Source: Bdellovibrionia bacterium (GTDB lineage: Bacteria > Bdellovibrionota > UBA1018). From it: 16,241 bases of DNA. A program made the translations under genes and the position numbers. The stretch is from contig JBJMMA010000077.1 of assembly GCA_045805065.1 (NCBI GenBank), positions 1-16,241 of the forward strand, given 5' to 3'. How positions within the stretch are numbered: position 1 is the stretch's first letter; each line of letters opens with the position of its first letter. The notes beneath the pieces were generated by a model. That model was given only the letters and a program-made list of their open reading frames with translations, did not search any database and was not told the origin of the DNA. Shown here piece after piece: positions 6,654 to 15,164 of this stretch.

Positions 6654-8912
6654 ATGCATCTTGCGCCGCTCATTCGAGACCTTGCCATCATCCTTGCTAT
6701 CGCCAGCGTCGTTGCGTTTATTTTCCAACGCATCCGACAGCCTGTCGTCCTGGGTTATATTGTCGCAGGGATGATTGTCGGCCCATCGCTGCGACTGGTC
6801 TCGGATCTTCCCAGCATCAGAACTTGGGCTGATCTTGGCGTGATCTTTCTGATGTTCACGCTGGGCCTTGAGTTCAGTTTCAGAAAACTATCCAAAGTGG
6901 GAATCTCAGCCGGTCTCACAGCAGTCTTTGAGACCTCCTGCATGATGCTTCTTGGATTTGCGACAGGACGCTTTCTGTTGCATTGGGCCTATCGCGACAG
7001 CATTTTTCTTGGCGCCATGCTCTCGATCTCATCGACCGTGATCATTCTCAAGGCGCTTGAGGAGATGGGTCTTAAGACGCGTCGCTTTTCCGAAATGATT
7101 TTCGCGGTGCTCATCGTTGAAGACTTGATCGCCATTCTGATCCTGGTCGTTCTCTCAACCCTGGGTGCAACACGAGGCTTCTCGGGACTCGACTTTCTGG
7201 TCTCCATTCTCCAATTGATCCTGGTCATTGGAGGCTGGTTCCTTGCGGGATACTTTATCGTTCCGCGCTTTATACGTTGGGTCGGAGCCACAGGAAGCTC
7301 AGAAGTGCTCACGCTCATTGCGCTCGGTCTCTGCCTTTCACTCGTTGTTTTTGCAGCGTACTTTGGTTACTCCGTCGCGCTGGGCGCCTTTGTCATGGGA
7401 TCGATTCTGGCTGAGAGCACCGAGTCTTCCCGCATCATCGAGCGAATGGAGCCGCTTCGAGATGTGTTTGCGGCTATTTTCTTTGTTTCCGTGGGCATGC
7501 TCATTGATCCCAAGGCTGCCATTGAGAATTGGCCTACGATTCTCCTGATCACTGGCATTCTGATCCTAGCCAAAGTGATTTTCGTCACGATCGGCGCTGT
7601 CCTCACCGGCCAAACCCTTCGCACGTCGATCCAAGTCGGCTTTGGCCTGGGACAAATCGGTGAGTTTTCTTTTATTATCGTAGGCCTTGGACACTCCCTG
7701 GGGATCACCAATCCACGCCTTTATCCCATCGCGGTCACTGTCTCGCTCTTCACGGCTTTCACCACTCCTTACATGATCCGGGTCTCGCACCGCTTTGCGG
7801 TCTGGCTTGAGAAAATGCTTCCAATCCAAGTCCGCGATGGCCTTTCCCGCTATGCTGCATGGACACAGGAGCGTCGGGCCAATCGGGCGCATACCAAAGA
7901 ATTTTACCAGCTTTTGTTTCGCTGGCTTCTGAACGGCCTGATTGTATCCATCGCTTTTGTTCTTACTGCGGAGATCGTTCTTCCACGACTTTCTGCTGAG
8001 CCCTGGAGCAGGGCGATTGTTTTCTCGGTCAGCTGGATGATCGGCGTAGTGTTTTCAGCGCCTTTTATCTGGGCCATGTTCCATGTATTTCGGGACTTCA
8101 AGCTTCATACGATTCCAAACCTGGACCCCAACCAGGAGTCTCAGCTTCCATCAGCACCTCCTCGAGGCGGAACGCTTCTGATCTCAAGAATCGCTACTGT
8201 CATCTGGATTGGCCTGCTGAGCCTCGAATTCTTTCCCGCGCGCTATGCATTGGCCTTTATCTCAGCGATCAATGCCCTGCTTTTCGTTGCCTTTTATCCA
8301 CAACTGGAAGGCTCTTACCGCTGGTTTGAGAATCGCTTTCTATCAGCCTTTGCTCCAACGCCTAAAACCAAGCCCGTTCCTGACGTGCTCAGGGATCTTA
8401 CGCCCTGGGACGCCCATCTGGTGAGAATCAAGGTTCACCCCAACGCCCCTCTTGTTGGGAATACCCTGGCTGATACTCAGATGAGAAAACGTTACGGAGT
8501 GAGCGTCGTTGCCATTCAGCGCGGCGTTCAGACTCTGGTTGCTCCGAAGCCTGATCAGATCATCTTCCCAAAAGACGAGCTTCTGGTGCTAGGCACGGAC
8601 GATCAGATTGATACCTTGCGCCCGATCATCGAAAGACCGCCAGGGCTTGCCGATCGGTTTGCAGGAGCGCGCGCTATTGAAGGCTATCAACTGAAGAATC
8701 TTTTTATCTCCGAACGCTCACCGCTTTTGAACTGCACGCTTCGTGAGGCTGCCATTCGAGAGGACTTCGGAGCCTTGGTCGTTGGAGTCGAGCGCAATCA
8801 TCGCCGGATTATTAATCCGGATTCGAATATGAAGCTTCAGCCGGGCGATATTGTCTGGATCGTAGGCGAGCGTGAGAAGCTGGATGTACTCACCAAGAGC
8901 CTGGAGCCCTAG
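6654..8912 (+). CDS. CPA2-family cation:proton antiporter with two C-terminal RCK_C (TrkA-C) domains
   Basis: 'QPVVLGYIVAG', 'LGVIFLMFTLGLEFS', 'SISSTVII.K', 'LIVEDL', 'ALGAF..G', 'PLRDVF.AIFFVSVGM', 'QIGEFSFII'. Two 'P/S-PL.G/N.TL....R...G..VV...R......P......D...V.G' RCK_C repeats. Confidence 0.92.
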   Translation: MHLAPLIRDLAIILAIASVVAFIFQRIRQPVVLGYIVAGMIVGPSLRLVSDLPSIRTWADLGVIFLMFTLGLEFSFRKLSKVGISAGLTAVFETSCMMLLGFATGRFLLHWAYRDSIFLGAMLSISSTVIILKALEEMGLKTRRFSEMIFAVLIVEDLIAILILVVLSTLGATRGFSGLDFLVSILQLILVIGGWFLAGYFIVPRFIRWVGATGSSEVLTLIALGLCLSLVVFAAYFGYSVALGAFVMGSILAESTESSRIIERMEPLRDVFAAIFFVSVGMLIDPKAAIENWPTILLITGILILAKVIFVTIGAVLTGQTLRTSIQVGFGLGQIGEFSFIIVGLGHSLGITNPRLYPIAVTVSLFTAFTTPYMIRVSHRFAVWLEKMLPIQVRDGLSRYAAWTQERRANRAHTKEFYQLLFRWLLNGLIVSIAFVLTAEIVLPRLSAEPWSRAIVFSVSWMIGVVFSAPFIWAMFHVFRDFKLHTIPNLDPNQESQLPSAPPRGGTLLISRIATVIWIGLLSLEFFPARYALAFISAINALLFVAFYPQLEGSYRWFENRFLSAFAPTPKTKPVPDVLRDLTPWDAHLVRIKVHPNAPLVGNTLADTQMRKRYGVSVVAIQRGVQTLVAPKPDQIIFPKDELLVLGTDDQIDTLRPIIERPPGLADRFAGARAIEGYQLKNLFISERSPLLNCTLREAAIREDFGALVVGVERNHRRIINPDSNMKLQPGDIVWIVGEREKLDVLTKSLEP

Positions 8913-8945
8913 TCAAGGACCTTAGTCAAGAACCCTAGTAAAGAG
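8907..8945 (+). repeat. Three-copy imperfect 13-bp tandem repeat beginning at the antiporter stop codon
   Basis: ccctagtcaagga / ccttagtcaagaa / ccctagtaaagag; the first TAG (8910-8912) is the CDS stop. Confidence 0.85.
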
Positions 8946-8981
8946 CTTGCATTTCAAGCCGAACTATTTTCAAATCAGCTT

Positions 8982-9848
8982 GTGCCCCAATTGCTGCTCG
9001 CTTTGCTTCACAGGCATTTCTTTTTCCTTATGGCGCTGCTCTGCTTGGCGTCTTGCGCGAAACAGCAGCCATTATCAGAGTCGCAAAAGAAACTCATCTT
9101 CGACACGCTTGAGTCTTCAGGGGATGCCTATAATGCTGTCATTGCAAACGCTGCGACATCGTCTTCGCACGCCAGTTCTCCTGCTGCTCTGGTGACTCTG
9201 AGTGGAAAACGCATTGATAGCTCCAAGCCTGCCTTTCGACAGATGTCCGGAGTGCTTCGCGATAAGATCAAAGCCCGGGATTGCCGCGTGCGCCTGGTTG
9301 CTCCCAACTCGTATTGGACCGAATCCGCTCAAGGCATCAAACGGACCTTTGCTCTGCTTCGCGTCTGGGGAGAGAAGTACTGCCCGATCAATCTGGACTT
9401 CAAGATCAGCACGCTACTTGAGCCTGCCATCGGACGCTGGGCTGTCTCCTATGATTACAGCTATCAAGTGATCGATTCATCCTACGCAAAGCTCAATGAC
9501 GTGGATGCCATCGAGCTTCATGGAGGCGTCAGCATCAATGGTATGAACTCAAGCTCGGTTCGAAGCGAAACGGATCTGAAGGGAACCATTCATACGCAAA
9601 GCTCCGGCACGATCAATATCGCTTCTGCCGGAAAGCTGGATGGCAGAGATCCGGATCTTTTGAGCGGCGAGACGGTTTGGAAATTCAGTTATGCGGATTT
9701 CGAAGCAAACTTTCATAAGAAATACGATAACGGAAACATCTCATACGAGATCAACGACGAAGCCTCAAGCTCCGAGGACTTTGAGCGGTATTTCAGCTTA
9801 GGCGGAGATCCTTTTCTTTACAGCTCAAACGCAGAGCTAGTGCACTAA
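8982..9848 (+). CDS. Hypothetical lipoprotein
   Basis: 288-codon ORF filling the gap between two clear genes. Hydrophobic N-terminus with lipobox LASC; beta-strand-like amphipathic C-terminal half. The start codon is uncertain and no family was recognised. Confidence 0.7.
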   Translation: MPQLLLALLHRHFFFLMALLCLASCAKQQPLSESQKKLIFDTLESSGDAYNAVIANAATSSSHASSPAALVTLSGKRIDSSKPAFRQMSGVLRDKIKARDCRVRLVAPNSYWTESAQGIKRTFALLRVWGEKYCPINLDFKISTLLEPAIGRWAVSYDYSYQVIDSSYAKLNDVDAIELHGGVSINGMNSSSVRSETDLKGTIHTQSSGTINIASAGKLDGRDPDLLSGETVWKFSYADFEANFHKKYDNGNISYEINDEASSSEDFERYFSLGGDPFLYSSNAELVH

Positions 9849-12800
9849 ACTCTCGCCCTCATCGGGTTGAAAAACTGGGAGGCTTCCGGCGCCCAGCCCT
9901 CTTCCTTTGCCGCTTCCTGAAACAGGGGCTTCAAATGCTTCACCAGTAAGCTCATGGAGTTCCCGTCCCTCTGAAGAATGCCTTTGACCTCAATAAAGCA
10001 ATGGCGAAGAAACTCCTCGCGATACTTCTCATAGACCTCAGGATGAAACGCGAGATCCATGAATCCTGACTCATCCTCAAGCGTCGCAAAGGTCATGCCC
10101 TTTGCCGTGGGTGGCTTTTGGCGAACAATCACAAGACCTGCAGCGCTCACTGTTCTTCCGCCAGGCGCATTGTTTTTAGTCCAGGCAATGGTCTGGCATC
10201 TGAGCTTCTGACGAAGCTCACGCATGGGATGCCCTTGGGTCGATAAGCCAAAGGCTGCGTAGTCTTCCTGAATGGACTCCAATGCACTCAGTGGACGAAG
10301 AGCGATTCCAGAGGCTGCCTCACCGCTCTCGACTTCATAAGAGGATTGAAACAAGCTCAGCTGTGTTCCTGTTTCAGAAAGCATCCGAAGCTCAAGAATT
10401 TTCCAAAGCGTCTGCCTCTGATTTTCACCAAATTTTGAAAACGCATTCCCTAGAGCAAGGCCTTGCAGGACCGCGCTTTTCAGTCGGGTTCGGGAAAGAA
10501 AATCGGAAAGACTTCGATAAGGCCCTCTGCGCTTTCTTTCCTCGATCAGCTTTTCTGCTTCTGCTTTGCCTAATCCATGAACGACACGAAACCCCAAACG
10601 AATGGCTTTTCTTTCATTCCCCAATTCATTCTCAAGACGGATGACATCGCAATTCCAGTCCGAGAGATTAGGATCCACTGGGAGCACCTCAACGCCGTGC
10701 CTTTTTGCATCATCCAGCAGCGTATGGGATGCATAAAAGCCCATCGGCTGCGAGTTGATCAATGCGCAGGTAAACTCTGCCTGATGATGGCATTTGATCC
10801 AGGCCGAAGCATAAGCCAGAAGCGCAAAGGATGCGGCATGCGACTCCGGAAAACCGTACATCGAGAACCCTTGGATCTGATCAAAGACCTGGCTTGCGTA
10901 TTCGGCGGACAGACCATTTTTTGTCAGCCCATCCATCAGTCGAAATCCCATCTTTTCCACGGAGCCTGTCGATCGCCAGGCTCCAATGGCACGTCTGAGC
11001 TCATCGGCCTCTCCGGCAGTAAACCCTGCCAGCTCAATCGCCATGGACATGACTTGTTCCTGGAAAATCGGAATACCAAGCGTTCTTCCCAATATCTTCT
11101 CAAGACGCGGATCAGGATAGATGACCTTCTCCTGCCCTCGCCTGCGCCTCAGATAAGGATGCACCATCTTGCCGACAATCGGCCCCGGACGCATGATTGC
11201 CACCTCCACGACGAGATCATAAAAGTTTGCGGGCTTGAGCCTTCCGATCATGCTCATCTGAGCGCGCGATTCGATCTGAAATGTTCCTACCGTATCGCAG
11301 CGCTGGATCATGTCGTAAGTCGCGCGATCATCAGCGGGAATCTCGTGAAGCTCTTTTCCAATTCTGGTCAACGACTCTTTCAGGGCTGAGAGCATGCCGA
11401 GCGCCAGGACATCGACTTTCAAAAGCCCCAGGTAATCGAGATCATATTTATCCCATTGAATGATCGTGCGGCCCTCCATCCTTGCCGGCTCCACGGGAAC
11501 GATCTCGACAATGGGATCTGCTGAAAGCGTAAAACCTCCGCTATGAATGGAGAGATGCCTTGGAAAGCCTTCCATCTCGAGCGAAAGCTCTTCGACCTTT
11601 TTTTCGCAATCCTCCACGCCACTACTTTTGGAGAGTTCTCCAAACCGGACTTGAAGCTCTTTGGCAGATAAAGTGCCAACGTCCACACCCAAAGCTTTTG
11701 CGATTTCACGAAATGCCGAGCGTCTTCGGTAAGTGACCACCGCACTCACCATGGCAGCGCGATCACGTCCGTACTTCTCATAGATATGCTGAATGACCTC
11801 TTCACGCCGCTCATGCTCAAAATCGACATCAATATCCGGAGGCTCGCCGCGTTCACTGGAAATAAAGCGCTCAAACAAAAGATTGGACCTTGCGGGATCG
11901 ACAGCAGTAATTCCCAGGCAATAGCAAACAGCAGAGTTTGCAGCCGATCCTCGGCCCTGGCAAAGAATCCCGCGACCGCGAGCAAAATCGACGATCTCAT
12001 AAATCGTTAGAAAGTAATCCGAAAATCCCAGCTGATCAATCAACGCAAGTTCTTTGTGAAGAAGCGCTTGAACCGTTTCGGGGATGCCTTGAGGATAACG
12101 CTTTCTTGCTCCTTCCCAAGTCAGCTTCGTCAGATACTCAATGGCACTGAGCCCCTCCGGGATCCACTCGGAAGGATATCGGTATTTAAGCTCGCTTGGA
12201 CAAAACGAGCAAAGTGCGGCCACATCCACCGTGCGCGATACTGCATCTGGCATATCCATAAAAAGCTTCATCATCTGCTCAGCGGATTTGAGGTAGCGCT
12301 CGCCGTTTGAGAAGAGATGAAAGCCTGCATCCTTGAGTGGCTTTCCCACTCGGATCGATGTCATCACATCCTGAAGAAGGTGCCTTGAGTGCGCATGAGC
12401 ATGGACATCATTGATGGCAACGATTTCTGCGCCATAATGCCTTTTTAAGGCAAGCGCAGTCTCCGTTCTTTTGCGATCATTGCCATCACGGAACCGCCCC
12501 AGTGGAATGAAGACCTGATCGCCTAAAGCGTCTCGGAGTGCTCCCCAGTAAAGATGATGATCTTTTGAGACAATTTCTTTCGATTCAGAACCACACCCCA
12601 AATGACTGGGAAGCGCAATCCATCCCTTGCTCTGTGGCCGCGATAAAAAATCAGTAAACTCTTTCCACTCAACATAAGCTTCTCCTTTTGGTTTATCCGC
12701 ATGTGCTGCCGTCAGCAGCCTGCATAAAAGACCGTATGCTTTTCGATCACGTGCATGGAGAGTGAGGAGCGATTCACCCTGCATGTCACCTCTGAGGGGC

Positions 12801-13042
12801 ATTCGAACTCTGATCTCCGCTCCGACTATCAGTTTAAGTTTCGGGTGCGCCTTTTTTGCTTGATAGGCTTTTGGAATCCCATACACACCATTGAGATCCG
12901 CGATTCCAATCGCCTCAAGCCCGAGCTGAGCCGCCTTTTGGACAAGCTCTTCCGGGCTTGAGGCACCCATGAGGAACGAATAATGCGTCTTCGCTTTGAG
13001 CTCCGCGTATTTAACTTTCAAACTCTGGGAAGGCGCAACCAC
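9845..13042 (-). CDS. dnaE2: Error-prone DNA polymerase III alpha subunit DnaE2 (ImuC)
   Basis: 'YAEL...THYSFL.GASSPEELV' degenerate PHP; 'CQGRGSAANSAVCYCLGIT'; catalytic 'PDIDVDFEHERREEVIQ' and 'KVDVLALGML'; 'FQIESRAQM'; 'YGFPESHAASFA'; 'NSQPMGFY'; OB fold 'RQKPPTAKGMTFATLEDE'. Lies downstream of imuB, with SD GGAG 8 nt before the GTG. Confidence 0.96.
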   Translation of the reverse strand: MVAPSQSLKVKYAELKAKTHYSFLMGASSPEELVQKAAQLGLEAIGIADLNGVYGIPKAYQAKKAHPKLKLIVGAEIRVRMPLRGDMQGESLLTLHARDRKAYGLLCRLLTAAHADKPKGEAYVEWKEFTDFLSRPQSKGWIALPSHLGCGSESKEIVSKDHHLYWGALRDALGDQVFIPLGRFRDGNDRKRTETALALKRHYGAEIVAINDVHAHAHSRHLLQDVMTSIRVGKPLKDAGFHLFSNGERYLKSAEQMMKLFMDMPDAVSRTVDVAALCSFCPSELKYRYPSEWIPEGLSAIEYLTKLTWEGARKRYPQGIPETVQALLHKELALIDQLGFSDYFLTIYEIVDFARGRGILCQGRGSAANSAVCYCLGITAVDPARSNLLFERFISSERGEPPDIDVDFEHERREEVIQHIYEKYGRDRAAMVSAVVTYRRRSAFREIAKALGVDVGTLSAKELQVRFGELSKSSGVEDCEKKVEELSLEMEGFPRHLSIHSGGFTLSADPIVEIVPVEPARMEGRTIIQWDKYDLDYLGLLKVDVLALGMLSALKESLTRIGKELHEIPADDRATYDMIQRCDTVGTFQIESRAQMSMIGRLKPANFYDLVVEVAIMRPGPIVGKMVHPYLRRRRGQEKVIYPDPRLEKILGRTLGIPIFQEQVMSMAIELAGFTAGEADELRRAIGAWRSTGSVEKMGFRLMDGLTKNGLSAEYASQVFDQIQGFSMYGFPESHAASFALLAYASAWIKCHHQAEFTCALINSQPMGFYASHTLLDDAKRHGVEVLPVDPNLSDWNCDVIRLENELGNERKAIRLGFRVVHGLGKAEAEKLIEERKRRGPYRSLSDFLSRTRLKSAVLQGLALGNAFSKFGENQRQTLWKILELRMLSETGTQLSLFQSSYEVESGEAASGIALRPLSALESIQEDYAAFGLSTQGHPMRELRQKLRCQTIAWTKNNAPGGRTVSAAGLVIVRQKPPTAKGMTFATLEDESGFMDLAFHPEVYEKYREEFLRHCFIEVKGILQRDGNSMSLLVKHLKPLFQEAAKEEGWAPEASQFFNPMRARV

Positions 13043-13063
13043 ACCAATATCTCCACCAACACT

Positions 13064-14413
13064 TCAGTCAAAATAGCCATGCAGATAAAGCGTGTCGGAT
13101 GCGGGCGTTTGAAAAACCCAGAGATGCTCGCCGGAGTCAGTGGCCAGCTTGAAATAACTTCGCTGAAACTGACTGAACCACCATTCACCGGACAAGATCT
13201 CAGGCCCCTCAGCCTGGACCACGCGCCATCTGCGCGAAGAATCGGTTAACTGAAGCGTGCCTCCTGTTTTGTAAAGAGGCACGGGCGCTTTCAAAACCCT
13301 CAAAGGCCTCTCAGGAAGCACATCTTCAAACGGATCTGAAGAAGTCTCATCTTTCTCCAAGGAAAGCTCCGTGCGCTTGACCCAGGCTTTCTCAGGAAGA
13401 TAACGCTCCATGGGGTCCGCCAGAAACACCTGGCCATCGCCCAGCTTCTCAGCCAGTCGAGCGATCAAGGAGTTCCAGGCCTCAACTTCCTCCTCACGTG
13501 CATCAAAGAAATCGCGCTGCGCTCCAACGCCTGGAGCGGTCTCTAAAATCTCGAACTCGAGATCCGTAACCGGCGAAGGCAAAGGCTTTTGAGAAAGATC
13601 AAAGCCCATGCGCTCGCGCAGAACCGGAATCAAGCCGACACTTGATCCTTGAGGAGCGGCCAGATCAAACTTCCAGACCCGACTGGATTCCTCCTCTGAA
13701 AGGCTTGAATAACGTTCAAGCCGCAGCCTGATCCGAAGAGATGTTGCACGCTCTCCCCTTCCGCGAAGCCGGGTCATCGCGCGATCAATCACCGGCTTCA
13801 AAGAAAAGATCAAAGGCTCAAGATCATGAAAGGGCTGACTGATCTCAAACTGAAGCTTTTCAATCACGCGCTCCGGCGGCATGAAGCGCGGCCAGGGAAT
13901 AGACGCTGCCTCACGGATGCGTTGATGCAACAAAAGCCCCAGCTTTCCAAAGCGTGATGGAAGGGTTCTTGCGGGAAGCGCCAAAAATCCGCAAATCGAA
14001 TCCACGCCAAGCTTTTGCATGGTCTTGATCATCTCTTTGACAAGCCTCAGATCCTCAGGATCCGCACCAAACGGATTGGCATAATCAAAGAGCGCATCAA
14101 CCGGCAGATCGATCTTATCTCCTCGAACGATTCCGGACTCAGATTGATAAAGCCTTGCCAGTGATCGAGCGCGCGGCGCATCTTCGGCAAAAGAGACTTG
14201 AAAAGAGCAATCAAACTTTTTTGCCAAAGCCCTGAGCCTTAAGGCCAGAGCGTCTTCTGAATAGATCCCTCGACATCTTCCTACTTCCAAAAAAATCGCT
14301 TCATCAGAAACCGCAATCTGCGGAGTCCACCTCAAACAAGCCTCAGCTACTCGTAAGATCTCTGATCGTGATTCCGGCGAAAAATACATACACGAAACCC
14401 TAAGCGTCTTCAT
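13064..14413 (-). CDS. imuB: ImuB, inactive Y-family polymerase-like mutasome protein
   Basis: 'WTPQI', 'LGV......LALP...L.SRFG', 'LIARL.EKLG..QV......RYLPEKAW', 'RPLRVL..P.P', 'GPE.LSGEWW...RSYF....LWVF....LHGYFD'. Start reassigned from 14488 to the in-frame ATG at 14413, which has a strong SD (AGGAGGT) directly upstream. Confidence 0.9.
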   Translation of the reverse strand: MKTLRVSCMYFSPESRSEILRVAEACLRWTPQIAVSDEAIFLEVGRCRGIYSEDALALRLRALAKKFDCSFQVSFAEDAPRARSLARLYQSESGIVRGDKIDLPVDALFDYANPFGADPEDLRLVKEMIKTMQKLGVDSICGFLALPARTLPSRFGKLGLLLHQRIREAASIPWPRFMPPERVIEKLQFEISQPFHDLEPLIFSLKPVIDRAMTRLRGRGERATSLRIRLRLERYSSLSEEESSRVWKFDLAAPQGSSVGLIPVLRERMGFDLSQKPLPSPVTDLEFEILETAPGVGAQRDFFDAREEEVEAWNSLIARLAEKLGDGQVFLADPMERYLPEKAWVKRTELSLEKDETSSDPFEDVLPERPLRVLKAPVPLYKTGGTLQLTDSSRRWRVVQAEGPEILSGEWWFSQFQRSYFKLATDSGEHLWVFQTPASDTLYLHGYFD

Positions 14414-14549
14414 GACACCTCCTGATTGCCCCTTTGCTGGGAGCGATTTAGGTTGTACGAGCCCCTGGAACTCTGCAGCTGCGGGCAAACTTCTGCCCGC
14501 AACTGAGTCCCTGCTTTATGAGTGCGCCGAGTGACTCACCACGAACGGC

Positions 14550-15149
14550 TTAAAATCGGCGTCTCAAAATTTCCGCGCTGCCCCATCCATTTCCACGTAA
14601 ATCTTCTCTGGCCACTCGAAGTTGAAGGGAGATAGGCCAGGAATCCCCCGGTTCATCTCGAAGAAAGACCACGGCAGCCTGCGACTTCTCCGCAGAGAGT
14701 TGCATTGCCCTCAGTGTCCTTTCGTCGAAACGTGACCGACGAGACTCCTGACCTATCCCACCTCCAACCCCCGATTTACTCGGGGGTGTGGTGGTGGTGG
14801 AGGAAAACACGATGATCCCAAAAACCTGACTTCTCAGAACCTGCATCAATGCCCAAAGCGAGTTGGTCCCCGCCTCCGCAAAAAGAATCCTCTGCAGCTG
14901 AGCCTTCCGCTGAAAGATCGCGTAAGGATAAATCGAAATCTGTTCCTCGATCCAAGCCACCTTCTGGCTCGGATGCTCCGATAAGAAGCGAACTAAGAAT
15001 TCCGTCTTCCCAGGCCCGCTGATCTCCGTCAGCGCTCCCTTCGGAATTCCCCCCTCCAGCAAAGAAAAAGAAAGTGAGCTGCGATTCCGATAACCGGAGG
15101 TCGTTCCAATAAGCTCCCGAAGAGATGTGATCGCACTCGCCAAAGCCAT
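14550..15149 (-). CDS. imuA: ImuA, RecA-like mutasome accessory protein
   Basis: 'GGIPKGALTEISGPGKT', 'VAWI...YPYA', 'LWALMQVLRS..F.IIV', 'LRAMQLSAEKS'; sits between lexA and imuB. Confidence 0.85.
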   Translation of the reverse strand: MALASAITSLRELIGTTSGYRNRSSLSFSLLEGGIPKGALTEISGPGKTEFLVRFLSEHPSQKVAWIEEQISIYPYAIFQRKAQLQRILFAEAGTNSLWALMQVLRSQVFGIIVFSSTTTTPPSKSGVGGGIGQESRRSRFDERTLRAMQLSAEKSQAAVVFLRDEPGDSWPISLQLRVAREDLRGNGWGSAEILRRRF

Positions 15150-15164
15150 AACCGTCGAGTCCTC

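Noticed and set aside
10577..11389. 270-aa plus-strand ORF and other plus-strand ORFs in 10282-13592
   Set aside because: Antisense to dnaE2/imuB with no recognisable motifs; shadow ORFs.
14456..14460. Single TACGA upstream of imuB as an internal LexA site
   Set aside because: One pentamer with no phased partner; expected by chance.
14414..14488. ORF-track N-terminal extension of ImuB (start at 14488)
   Set aside because: The start lies inside a hairpin with no SD; the ATG at 14413 has AGGAGGT and matches the expected ImuB start.
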